A stretch of 64,000 bases of DNA. Origin: Lama guanicoe. Taxonomy: Eukaryota. Below the pieces are notes generated by a model. It ran no database searches and was not told where the DNA came from. It saw only the letters and a list, made by a program, of their open reading frames with translations. Where the stretch lies: assembly GCA_013239625.1 (NCBI GenBank), contig MU055269.1, positions 2,286,441 to 2,350,440 of the forward strand, read 5' to 3'. A program made the translations under genes and the position numbers. Shown here piece by piece: positions 11,637-23,090 of this stretch. Position 1 is the first letter of the stretch. Each line of letters begins with the position of its first letter.

Positions 11637-14267
11637 CTGCCGGGCGGGGGGGACAGAGTGGCCAGTTGAGTCCACGTGGGCGCCATGGGTGGAGCCCCCG
11701 GGCCTCCTGCAGGTATGCCCCTGACCTGCTGGCCAGACCCCGGCAGGTGCGGACGGTGTGTGGGGAATGAGGGTGCGTGACCACGATGGAAGATGGACCC
11801 GCAAGAGCCTACAGAATCGGGGGACCCGGGGAAGATGGCGGGGGACAATCCCCAGGGACTCTGGGAAGGAAGGATGGCAGAAAAAAAGGAGCAGGAAGGA
11901 AGGTTTCGGAAACGATCCGTTTAGAGCCTATTCTGTTGCTAATTATGTGACCAAAGTTTCTTAAAAACGTAGCTGGCACCAGACATGAAGATTTCCAAGA
12001 CGGCAAGTCCAGCAAGCCTCTGCCAGGCCACCTGACGGGCGCAAAGGCTTTCTGAAGCCTATCTGGAGTAACTTTTACACTCGGTTTTATTTGTGGAGTC
12101 TTATTTTTTCCTTTTAGAGCAAGTGCGTTCACATCTGCCCTGGACTTACAAGTGGAAATCATTCCTGCTCCGGGGGGGTCGTCTGTGGGGTGTCACTGTG
12201 GGCCCTCTCCGCGTGCTTCGGGGTAAAAGGAACTCATTTAAGAGCAACGCAGGGCTCAGAAGTCACTCCAGCAGACCCCTGGGGCTCCACGTTCTCCTGG
12301 ACGGTCTTCCTCGTGCTTGGTGACGTTTAGGAGTGAGTATTAATAGTTTATACTCCTTCACGTGACATCTGCATTAACCTGCGCTCTGTTGTTACACAGC
12401 TTCCTAAAGAGTGTTTGCCCCTAACTGACTGCGTTTTCCCTGCCCCATCAGCTGTGAGATAGCACCTGCTGTGCCAGCCAAGTCTGAGCGATGCGGGGGG
12501 GTGAATGTTATCACAGGACCAAGGTAAGTGGCCTGCAGGGAGGTCCTCTGGACTGTCCACAGTGGATACCAAGAGAAAGATGGAGAGAGAGAGATAGAGA
12601 AGCAGCCTTACAGGGTCAAGAGATGAAGTCAGTGTCACAGGTTTCAAGAGACGTCTTTGACAGGCTACAGATGAAATGGATTTTTAAAAAACAGCTGAAC
12701 GGCTGGTTATACATGGAACTAAGCAGCAGTTGTGACACAGAAAAATATTAAGGCGTTCTAGAAATGCTACTGCGAAGGGAACACGCTACAGAGTTTATTT
12801 TAAAGTGTGTCTCAGTGGATAAAGCTGTGGAGTCTCTGCCCTGATGAGGCCTGGTTGCCTCCCCCTCCCCGGGGTGAAGCCCCTCAGAAGTGGCACCTGG
12901 GCAAGTCCCTGCTGCACTGGGTCAAAAGACTTTTCTAGTTACATGTCCTCTATTTAAGACAACGTCCCTTCTAAATGAAGAGGCATCTCTTGGTGACATT
13001 TTTAGGCAGCTCTGGGGGCGGGTGTTCAGCCCCCTCTACTGCCACCCTGGCTTCCTGGGCGCTGGCGGTGCAGCCCAGGGTGGGGACGGAGCCCACCACC
13101 AGTGATTGGCTGGCTTCCTGGACCCCTCCCTGGAAGCCTGCCCCTTGGGCAGCGGTGGGAGGAGGGGGACCAGCCCTCTGCGTCTGTGGGCAAGCACACG
13201 TGTCCAGGTGTGCTCAGGACCAGAGAGGGAGGGCACCTGGGGAGGAGCCATGAGGAGGCCCCCACTGGGGCTCGGGGGAGGCAGGAGGAGCCCCTCCAGG
13301 AAACCATGTGTCCAGCTTACAGAAGAGCTCATTTTCTCTAATTCCCCCTTCACCCTGCTTTTTACTAATTTCCAGCAAAGTCAGATGACTTCCAAGCATC
13401 TCGGAATGTGGCGATGTACATAATGGAAAAATTCTAGGATAACTTGTGAAACCAGAGTGAGAGGAGAGACCTCTCCAGTTCTGAAGGCTAAATCCATACC
13501 TCAGTGATTCCCACGTGAGGTCCGGCGAGCGTGTTTTTCCCTAATGCTGAGATACTCCCTGAGATGTCAGGCTAAGCTCTCCATCACCCGAAGGATTGCC
13601 TGTTCCTTACACCAAAAGGAAAGTCAATGATGATGGAAAGAAATGACATAAAATGGAAATGACTTTAGAAGGCGGTGAGTTAGAACCGGGGTCTGCTGGC
13701 AGGATGCGTGGTCCAGACTAATGGAAGGAAATCATGTCTCTGCTCCTATTTCTATTTCAACAACCCCAAGCTTGCCGTCGACCGCAGACCCTCCCTGGCA
13801 CCCTTCAAGGAGCCAGTCTGCCTCTCCTTTTAGGTTCATTCTCGAGTGCTTCTTCCCCCCTCGTAGTCCCCTCCCAGGGAGCACAGTCACTCAATAAATG
13901 CTGCTGAGAAGTCCTGTGCCCCCGACACACAAGACAATGGTCACTTCCCCCGACAGGTGCAGGGCTGTGCTCTGAAAGGAACACTAGAAACATCAGGCAG
14001 AACGAGGACAGCCGTACCAGGAAGGCCAGGGTGCCACACTCTTCATGGAGAAGAATGAAACGCCTGAGTATAAAGGCAGATGCGTGAGAACCGTCCGCGT
14101 GTGCAGCCGTGGCGGGTGCCCCGGCCCCAGACTCACCTGTTGGCAGCTGTGCCAGGGAAATGCCAGTCACACACTGTGCTTAGTAAGGGAGGGACACCAA
14201 AAAAAAAAAAGGCAACTTAAAAAAAACTCACATGCAATTAGTACACCATTCTCAGGCTGTTAAAATG

Positions 14268-14273
14268 TTTAAT
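14268..14273 (-). terminator. Candidate distal poly(A) signal ATTAAA for the Golli read-through isoform
   Basis: Minus strand ...ttttgtgcattt ATTAAA cattttaacagcc..., with a U-rich upstream block and GU/U-rich downstream tracts; 3.9 kb after the stop. Confidence 0.6.
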
Positions 14274-16322
14274 AAATGCACAAAAGGAAGACATATATAA
14301 AAAGCAGAAGTTCATCACAAAATCAAATTGGGATACAATCACCAGAAGGCAGTCACCATTAAATACATCAACGTACTTTACAAATGTTTCACTCAGCACA
14401 GAGAACGCAGCAAAGTCACCCCCGACGCGGGGACGGCACATCCTGATTTAACTCTCGCCTGTTTAAAAACAGGGTGTGGAGACCGCAGGAGGACACGGCA
14501 AAGCGCTGGGAGCTGAGCCGGGGAAATCACTGATCAGTAATCCGTCAGGTTAATGACGCTGCAAAGGAATTCCTGCAGGAACGTGTTCGGGTGCAGAAAC
14601 AAACATGCCCAGCGCCTCTGGAGTTTCTCCAGGATGACCTCTGGCCAAGTCCGTGGCACATGGACGCGCTGCACGGCCGGGTCCTTGCCACCGACACTCA
14701 CGCTGAGACCGCGTTGGTTCTGCGAGCATCACTGCTCCTCTGTGAGAGGAAACACGCTGAACCAAGATGTGCGAGTGCCGTTCCCCTGGCTTTGGGGCTG
14801 GACCCACTCGGGACGGGGCGCCCTACTCAGGCCCTGCGTGCTGTGTCCTCCAGGACGTCTGCCGTTGTCACCCTCCCGCGGGGGCTACAGAGCACAGCTA
14901 CAGGATTCGGGTATCGTGTTAACAGTGAGGAGGTAAGTTACCGCAGAACTAAAACGTGTTGAGTGAAATTAAAATGCAGTGGGAAAAAGTAAGGAGACAG
15001 AACTTGGTGGTTAGTTCACAAGCCTGATTCTACCCCAGAGCACTGAAGGGCAGAAACGGTTTCCATCCCACACACCCAAAACCACAGGAAGTCGTACTGC
15101 ACGCTGAGGGCGGGGCGCGGAGACTGGCGGGTGATAAACACAGCTTCAACCACGAAGTAAACGGAGAAAGGCAGGGACCGCCACCAGCCTGCAGACTTGC
15201 TGCGCGACACCTCCAGGAACGCAGGCTGGTGCGGAGGGAGGAGACACAGGCCTGCCCTGCCCCTTGCCTAACAGGTCACATCCTGTCTGGGTGTCACATC
15301 TGTGTCCACCTGAGTGACTTTCCAAGCTAATGTGTCATGGTTTTGGTGTCCAGCCTGAGGATTCAGTGTCAGTCCAGGGACAAGCTGGCAGGCGGGTCTG
15401 ATGGGTGGGAGGGGGGACAAAGGCAGCTTGGGAGACCCCTCCTCCTGAACCTGAGCCAAGGCAGCGTGATCTCCGTGCCAACCGCTGCCCGTTCCTCAAC
15501 AGGCGCCACATCCCGGGGCCTTGGAAACCTGGTCCTTAAGCAACAACCCCGTCTTTCTCTGGCAACAAAGGCACGTGGTCTCTATGAATTCACTTGCCAT
15601 TTCTGGCTCTCAAAACAATATGCCTGCTCAAGGCTCTCCCTGAATGTCAACTCCCGGCCACACAGAGGGCGAGTGCGCTGGCGCATTCCGAGGACTGGGG
15701 GCGCCGCTAACCCCAGGGGAGGGGAACAAGCAGCCCCATGTCCCTGGGCTCCCTTCGGCCTCACATGACTGTACCCTAACAGCCTACTCTGTGCAGCTGA
15801 GCAGAGTGACCGCTCCCCCCGACAGGCCAGCGGAGCCAGGCCGCCGCTCAGGGCTGGGGTGCCCTGAGCGGCCGGCGCCCCTTAGATGGTTATCTTAGGA
15901 GCAGAAAATGGGGAAATGGGCTTTTACAATCATCAAGCCTTCGGATTCACATCTTTTCTCAGACTTTCATCCGAAGGACCTTTCCAGCATGTGATAAAAC
16001 GATGGCTCTCCTGACTTACAAAGAGAACAAGGCGAACAATGAGCCACGCTAATAAGCACCCCGACCTCGCCGCCCTGCGGCTGTGCCGCTGGAGAGAGCG
16101 TGTTTACACTCACGCCTCCAGGGTTTAAAAGCAAAGAACCCACAATGGAAGGGGTGACCTGAACGAACACTGCCAGGAACCCCCCACTGGCGCATTTGCA
16201 GCAAAGTGATTCCGCAGGCCCGTGAGCCTGGCCTGTGTCTGTGATGAGCAGCTGGTCTGTGACACACGGGACTTGAATGGGGTTCTGTGGCATCAAACGG
16301 CAAAGCTGTGCAGTTTTAAATC

Positions 16323-16328
16323 TTTATT
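16323..16328 (-). terminator. Candidate proximal poly(A) signal AATAAA
   Basis: Minus strand gttg AATAAA gatttaaaactgcacagctttgccgtttg; 1.8 kb after the stop. Confidence 0.4.
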
Positions 16329-18139
16329 CAACATCCAGTCGTGAACAGGATGGACACTTTGAAAGTGCAAAAACAAGTCTTTAAATGTTGTTTTAGTTTT
16401 TTAAAATCCTGCGGAAATGTTTTGATTTCTCTGGACCCTCGATGATCCAGCAAGATGATTTTGCAAAGTGGAGGCCCACTTCGGAGACTGGGGTCTTTCT
16501 TTGGGAATGTCGAAGACGAGACTAAATGCGATGAAGCCTGTACTTTTACATAAAGGAAGGGAAACAGGGGCGCAGACCAGGGGCTCAGTCTGAGAGAAGG
16601 GCACAGGGGCCGGCCCGCGCGCTCACAGCCGCCCCGCGGCGGGGCTGCCCTGTAGCGCACGCCGCGGCTGCTGCGCCCTTCCGCGCGGGCTGGGCGGGCT
16701 CTTCCTGCGCCTCGCGGGAAGCAGAGCGGCGTAAGGGCTCAGGACGGGAGGGGTCGCACGCGTGCCAGGTGCTTGGCACAACAGCGAGCTTTGCTTTGAC
16801 AGCTGTGCTTGAAATTAGCATTAGACCCACATTTCAGGGTGAGGGGAGACAGCCCCGCGTCCAGGACACCCGAGGAACCCCTCAGAGAATGAATTCTGTC
16901 AGCACGTCAGGTACCTCGAGCGCCACTCACGCGAGGTCCTGCCGAGCGTCAAGTGACAGGTCTCAGCTCTGAGCAGGTGCCAGAGAGGCTGGCCGGGCCC
17001 AGAACCTTGACGCCTTAATACAAAAGGCGGAGCGACACCTGAGATCGTCTCCAACCGTTTCAGATCGTCATTTTAAGACTTAAAGGCGGAGACTAAAGCA
17101 AATTCGAGAAGCACCTCCACTCCCGGTGCCCCCATGTTGACCACGTTCCGTTAGGATGCCGGGGGCCTCTGCTCCAGAGCCTCGGACGTTCCCTTTCAGG
17201 CCTTTCAGCTTAAGCACAGGGCACGGCCAGAAGCCTGGCTGCCTCTCAGGTGCTCGGTGAGCACACCTGATAAACCGAGTTTTTAGCAAAACCTCACTCC
17301 TCCCAAAATGGCCCACCTGTATGACACCCTAAGAAGTCGGGGGCCATGCATGCCATGTGTTTGCCATCCGATGCCCCTTGGGGATTAGCTCTGCAGTGAG
17401 ATGCCAGCCACAGACGACCTCCCCCCCACCCAGCCCAGAAGCCAGCGTCGCAAACCGACCACAATAGGAGCATTTTTCTCTTGTGACATGCTTTTATCTG
17501 CAGAACACTTAAAGAGACTTCACAAATGCTATACTCAAACTAATGGAATACCGAAATAACACAGTTTTGATTCACAGGCACATCCATCTATTCCCCCACG
17601 CTCATTTCTTCCCCCAAACAACTCACTCAGGCAGAAAAGAACATCCACTCAAGGCGAATTTAAATTTCGAGTTTGTTCAAAAGTCCTCAATCAACATGAA
17701 GCTAGCAGCACTGAGTCCAAAAAAAAAAAAAACAAAACACTGGCCGACCCCCAGGTGAAGCCCCAGAGCGTGGGCAGAGCCAGCACAACAGCCACAAAGC
17801 CCCAGCATGAGACACAGAAGCCCCCAGCACGCGATGCTCTTTCTGCGGCGCCCACAGGCACGCCCACCCCAGAGACGGGGTTCACATGCTCTCCAGTCCG
17901 GGGCTGCGTCCCGACCGCGGCCCTCGGGAGCAGGGGCAGAAGCGTGGGCTACGGGGAAATACGAGAAGCAGAGACCCAGGCCACCCCCCCGCCGCGGACC
18001 TGATAGCATCTCCAGCGAGGACCACTGTCCCCCGACAGCACAGAGGCCGGCCCACGTTCCCCCTGAGGGCTGAGCTCGCCTGCGGCCCCTTCCTTTCCGT
18101 CTACACCACGGCGGCCGCACGCACTCCGGGCTCCTCTCT

Positions 18140-18594
18140 CTACTCCTCAGAGCTCACCTTGCCTGAGCCCCGCTTGGGCGCGCCCCTGTCGGCGCCAAAG
18201 AAGCGGCCGAGGGAGTCGAGGATGCCCGTGTCTCTGTGCCTGGGGAGGAAGGCGTGCCTGGCGTGGTCCATGGTGCTCGCCGAGGCCAGGTACTTGGATC
18301 CGTGCCTCTGGGAGGGTCTCTTCTGTGTGGCCATCACATCCAGGCCCTCCGGAGCAGCGGCACTGTCTTCTTGGATGGTCTGAAGCTCGTCTGACTCTGA
18401 AGGCCTGTCTTTGAAGGTGTTGTCCTCCCTCCCCGGGGCATCTCGGGAAAAGAGGCGGATTAAGTGGGGGCGGCCCCCGGGGTCAGCTGGGTTGGCGTCG
18501 GGCCAGGCATTCTTTGGGTCCGCTGTGCGCTTGGAGTCTGTCACCGCTGTGTCCTGCGAGGGGGTCCCATTGTTCTGGTCCGCATCTGCCTCGC
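18140..18594 (-). CDS. MBP: Golli-MBP exon 5A+5B read through into 5C: terminal coding exon of the BG21/HOG5-type Golli isoform (...GSGKVSSEE*)
   Basis: Acceptor tgtttgcag|GC GAG GCA GAT. Translation [11 protein letters not shown]...[35 protein letters not shown]...GSGKVSSEE*. Exon lengths 51+88+455 = 594 nt = 197 aa plus stop. Confidence 0.95.
18158..18334 (-). CDS. MBP: Classic myelin basic protein exon I (Golli exon 5B), 59 codons
   Basis: [59 protein letters not shown] followed by donor AAG|gtgagc; an unmistakable MBP N-terminus. Confidence 0.98.
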
Positions 18595-18660
18595 CTGCAA
18601 ACAACAGTGAGATATGAATACGGCCGTGCAAAGCAGGGCGCGGACAATGCAGCTTTCTTC
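18370..18660 (-). promoter_or_regulatory. MBP: Classic MBP proximal promoter (module M1), overlapping Golli coding exon 5A
   Basis: TATA-like TTCAAA (18410-18415, minus), GC box GGGGCGG (18467-18473), NFI palindrome TTGGC-N5-GCCAG (18492-18506) and SOX-type ACAAT sites (about 18570 and 18645). The arrangement matches the described MBP promoter. Confidence 0.85.
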
Positions 18661-19394
18661 CCGGGCTGGTGGACCGGCCGTGCCCTACAAAATCCACAGG
18701 ATGCGCGGAGCGCCCTGACCGCCTCGGGCAGACCTGGCCTGAGCACCCTGCCTGCAGCCCTGTGTCTCAGAGGCCCTGGGGATGGCCTCAGGTGCTCCAG
18801 ATTTGGCACCAGGCCTTCCCAGAAAACTGGCTGGAGCCAACCCAGCAAAGGCGCACACTCTCCCCTGGGTACTGTCCTCGCTGCGGGGAGACGCCGGGAC
18901 TGCAGGCACATTTATGGGACGTTTACTGTCTAAACGGCCACTGTGCATAAGCTAAGCGTGTGGTGAGCAGGCATTCGACAAAAGGTATTTTTAGTGTCCT
19001 TGCTAAAAATGGAACCTCCCACATATTTGGCAATTCACGCCTTACAGAAATGGGGCATTTAGAATTTTTTAGTTTCCAGATTCCACAAGAGGCCTCTTGC
19101 AGGAGAGAATTGCTTATTCAGGACATTTTGAGTTGGTTTTTTTTCTGTAAGTGGTGATAGTCAGAGAGCTGACATGGGAATGGGAGGTTTCAGGTTGCAG
19201 ACCACTGCCCCTCAGCTTCCCGCAGAAATAGCCTGTCTCTCAAGACTGAGGTGGGCGTAAATGAATGTCGTTTAGCTAGTTTCCCTTCCAGAGTTTATTG
19301 TTTATCCACAGAAAATGTGATTTACTCACACTTTCCTGTAATATCATCCAGCCATCGAACCTCCCGACAACCTGTTCGCTGATGTTTACCAACA

Positions 19395-19740
19395 TCATCC
19401 ACCCCTCCATCCTCCCAGCCCCCCACCCATCCACTCATCCACCCACCCCTCCATCCTCCCAGCCTCCCACCCATCCNNNNNNNNNNNNNNNNNNNNNNNN
19501 NNNNNNNNNNNNNNNNNNNNNNNNNNNNNNNNNNNNNNNNNNNNNNNNNNNNNNNNNNNNNNNNNNNNNNNNNNNNNNNNNNNNNNNNNNNNNNNNNNNN
19601 NNNNNNNNNNNNNNNNNNNNNNNNNNNNNNNNNNNNCTCCCAGCCCCCACCCATCCACTCATCCATCCACCCATTCACTTACCTGCTTCTCCATCCCCAG
19701 CCACCGTCTATCCACCCATCCATCCACCCTTCCATCCTTA
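19395..19740. repeat. Degenerate (CCAT/CCAC)n = (TGGA)n tetranucleotide repeat, about 1.06-1.4 kb upstream of the MBP ATG; contains gap 19477-19636
   Basis: catccacccctccatcc...ccatccactcatccatccaccc. Confidence 0.9.
19477..19636. other. Assembly gap (160 N)
   Basis: Run of N. Confidence 1.
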
Positions 19741-19820
19741 TTCAGTGCCTAGCAAGTGTCATGGACTGCACCATATGAACAAGATGTGGTCGCTGTTGCA
19801 CAGACACAGAGGACAACGCA

Positions 19821-20225
19821 TGCTGTGAGCTGAGTGTCCCCTCAGATGGTGCGCCCACACCCGGACCCCCAGGACCTCTGAATGTGAACTTATTTGGAAA
19901 TAGGGTCTTTTGCAGAGTCATCAAGTTAAGATGGGGTTACACTGAAGAGGGGGCCCTGACCCAATGACTGCTGTCCCTCTAAGGAGAGGGGGGTGGGACG
20001 CAGACAGACAGTGAGAAGCGGTCATGTGACCATGGGAGCAGACGCTGGCCTCATGTGTCTACAGGACACCTGGGACAGAGCGTCCCCAGAGCCTCGGGAG
20101 AGCATGGCCCTGCCACACCTGGCTGCAGACTCGGCCTCCGGACCGTGAGGGAAGACGCTCCTGCTGCCCCAAGCCACCCGCCCTGGGCCCTTTTCTGTGG
20201 TGAGGTGACCCCAGGAAGCAGGCAC
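19821..20225 (+). mobile_element. MaLR (MLT1-type) solo LTR inserted in an L2 remnant
   Basis: gaatgtgaacttatttggaaatagggtcttttgcagagtcatcaagttaagatg...ccaatgactgctgtcc...agcatggccctgccacacc. Confidence 0.85.
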
Positions 20226-20479
20226 GATGTGTGACTCCATGTCAAGTGAGACACTTAAGGGAAGAGCCGGATGAGGGGGCCTCAGGGAGGCTGCTTGAGG
20301 AACATCTGGGTGAATGAGATGTGCATCTGCGGAGCAGGATGCCCCGGGCAGAGCTCCTCAGGAACGAGCTGGGCTGGTCCCCGAGGGAGAAGAAGAGAGG
20401 CCTGGAGCTGGGGGCGGGGGGCCTGGCCAAGGCCTGAGGTGAGCTGGAGCTGGCCAGCGGAGGGCGAGGGGCGGGGAGG

Positions 20480-20566
20480 NNNNNNNNNNNNNNNNNNNNN
20501 NNNNNNNNNNNNNNNNNNNNNNNNNNNNNNNNNNNNNNNNNNNNNNNNNNNNNNNNNNNNNNNNNN
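20480..20566. other. Assembly gap (87 N) in G-rich sequence
   Basis: Run of N. Confidence 1.
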
Positions 20567-22976
20567 GACGGCCAAGGGACGGGGGGTGGGCGGGGCCAGA
20601 TGTCAAGGGAGGCGAAGCTTCAGCCCGGGTGCAGGTGAGCTAGGCTGCAGGTAAGGGGTGCAGGTGAGCACAGGTGGGAGTGGCTACGGTCCAAGGGAGA
20701 GGGAGGGTGCAGGGCCAAGGTTGTGTCCTTCTACGGCAAGAAGTTTCGGCCAATCTGGGGGATGATGGCAAGGGGCGTGGTTTCCTTTTGTTACCAATAT
20801 CTGGAAGCTTTTATATCCACAACACATACTTCAGAGATACATAAATTACAAAAGCCAAATGATTCCACACTCTGTCAGCAAAGTCACAGGGGTCAAGAGG
20901 CTGTCCCGTGAATGACACTCACCATGAAGTCAGTAGACTGACCCATGTTTTCAAAGCAGAGTAACTTGCTCCCCAGGGATATCGTAGACGTTTGCTGGGG
21001 TCCCAGAGCAAGACCAGCAGCCAGACCCCGGGACCCCGCTGCGGTCCTGCTCTTGCTCCTGGGGTGCGTGTGCACGGCTCTCAGCTGCGCCTAATGCCAG
21101 CCGTGCCACCAGCCTCAGAAACACACCACTAAGAATATGGCACGTCTTTCACGGCCACGGATAAATTCAGCCACAGAGCACACCAGTATTTATCGCCCAT
21201 CTAACCCCCCCCCCACCTCGCAGCAGCACGAAGCAGCGACTGGAAGCTGCCATGGCCGGCTTGGAGCTGCGGGCTCCTGCTGGGCCGCGGTGCGCATCTA
21301 CAGGTGCCCACGGAAGGAGCCTGATTTTGTCGCTGGGCTTCAGCTTGCGTGGCTGATATAAGTTAACGCAAATGCAGAGAGTCGGCAATGGCTGCATTGT
21401 GCGTGATTCAATGCGTTAATGAAACCCGAGCGCATCTGAATACTAACGTTTTCACCACAGTGAGCCTTTGTGTCCCTGAATATGGCTGTTTGTGAGGCAC
21501 AGAAGGGCGTTTGTGTCCCGAGAGTAGCTTCTCCCGGGACACAAGGGGCACCGGGAGAAGCGAAAATCTGTGGATCTGCAGCATTTTGGGGAAGGACAAG
21601 TGCAGTTTGAATTTGCCAATTAATAACAGCTTTACTCAAATTAAAGCCCGGTGTGGAGTTTTCATCTAGACTCGAGTCACAGGGCGGAGCACTTGCTGCG
21701 TGACCGGAGAGGCCTGTATCCGGCTTTCCCAGAACGTGCACATGTGAGGCATTCTCTCGGTGTTCAGATTCTGTAGGAAACTGCAAGAAAACTTCTTTAA
21801 AAAGCCCACCTCATCTCTCCACTAAAATGACCCCAGAAAACCGGGGAGCGCAGGAAATGCACTGGACTTTTGAGGATGGTGACGCGAAAGTCAGGGCACG
21901 GCTTCCCGGACCGTCTCTGAGACACAGTGGAGAGGGGTTTCTGGGCCACAGAGACACCCGGCAGGACAGGGTGGAGCTAGTGGGGCAGTGTCTACTGTCC
22001 GGAGAGACCACAGGTGTCACCACCCGAGGGACGCTCCCACCCAGAGTCTCGGGTACCCCTGAGGCCCGTGCGTCGCGGGCTCCCCTCCCACCGCATCCCA
22101 GCAGGCAGGCGCCCTGGGTCTGCAGCATTGCCTCCGGCTGCCACACCGCTGACCGCAGCTGCCTTTTGCCGCCTTAGCTGGGTCTGCTACGAGGTCTCCG
22201 CTGAGCCCCCGTGTCTCGTGGCGCGTGGGGCACCCCCCGCACAGCGCTCTGGCGTGACCGTGACGATCTCCAGCCCGCAGCTCCCCTGCCTCGGGCCCTG
22301 AGGGAGCCGCCTCCTCACACCAGCCAGGCCCGACTGGCCCCGTCCCAGCGCCTGCGCCCCTCTCCCCATCCTTGGCCTCTGTCGTCCTGACAAGGCTGCT
22401 GGGCCTGCCCCGCGTCCCACCCTGACCCTGACCCTGACCTGCCTGGGAGGCCCGCCCTGTCGGAACCTGGGGCTCCTCGCGTGTCCAAGGCCCATCTTGC
22501 CCAGGAGGCCACCGGCAGGGCTGGGCCCTCGGCTGCTGCTCGGGGTGGAGCGAGTGGGCAGCTGCAGTCTCTGGGCCAGAGGGTCCGCAGCTCTTGATTC
22601 TGGGACACTTAAGAATCCAGCAGACTCCCCGGCCTGTGAAAGTTCTGGCCCCAAGAATGACGCTGACTTCTCAGCTCCCACTCTGCCTCCCGCCTCCAGC
22701 ACCGACCGCACAGAGGGGCTTTGGCACAGGTAACACTTCCTGTACCCTCACTTCCCCCCACAGGACGTCCATCAGATATTTTGATAGATAATAAAATTTG
22801 TTTATTCATTTTGAGGGCTTTTACCTACATTTTAACCTTGGCTTTATGAAACAACTATTTTTGGTGGCAGATCTTACTAGGTTTACAGCCCAGATTTCAA
22901 TTTTAGTTGTTTGGAAGATTTTCAGTTCTTATTAAGTTACAGGGAAAAAAAAACCCTAAAACCAAAGTCAGCAGGA

Positions 22977-23090
22977 GGGGAGGGCGTTGCAGTTCAGGTA
23001 GAGTCGTGCTTAGCACGCACGCGGCCCTGGTTCAATCCCTGGTACCGCTGCTAAAGCAATAAGCAAACCTCATCACCGCCCCAGACGAGC
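22977..23090 (+). mobile_element. tRNA-derived SINE (camelid Vic-1-like), degenerate
   Basis: ggggagggc...ggtagagtcgtgcttagcacgcac...ctggttcaatccctggtacc (A/B boxes); degenerate TSD aaaaccaaagtca / aaagccgaagtca. Confidence 0.8.

Larger units (their letters stand above)
14250..18139 (-). other. MBP: Putative exon 5C 3'UTR of the BG21/HOG5-type Golli mRNA (also MBP intron 1)
   Basis: Follows the TAG at 18142-18140. U-rich blocks and candidate poly(A) signals at 16323-16328 and 14268-14273. Confidence 0.6.

Noticed and set aside
18595-18697. N-terminal 34 codons of ORF 18140..18697
   Set aside because: Intronic sequence upstream of the exon 5A acceptor, with a GTG start; homology begins at GEAD.
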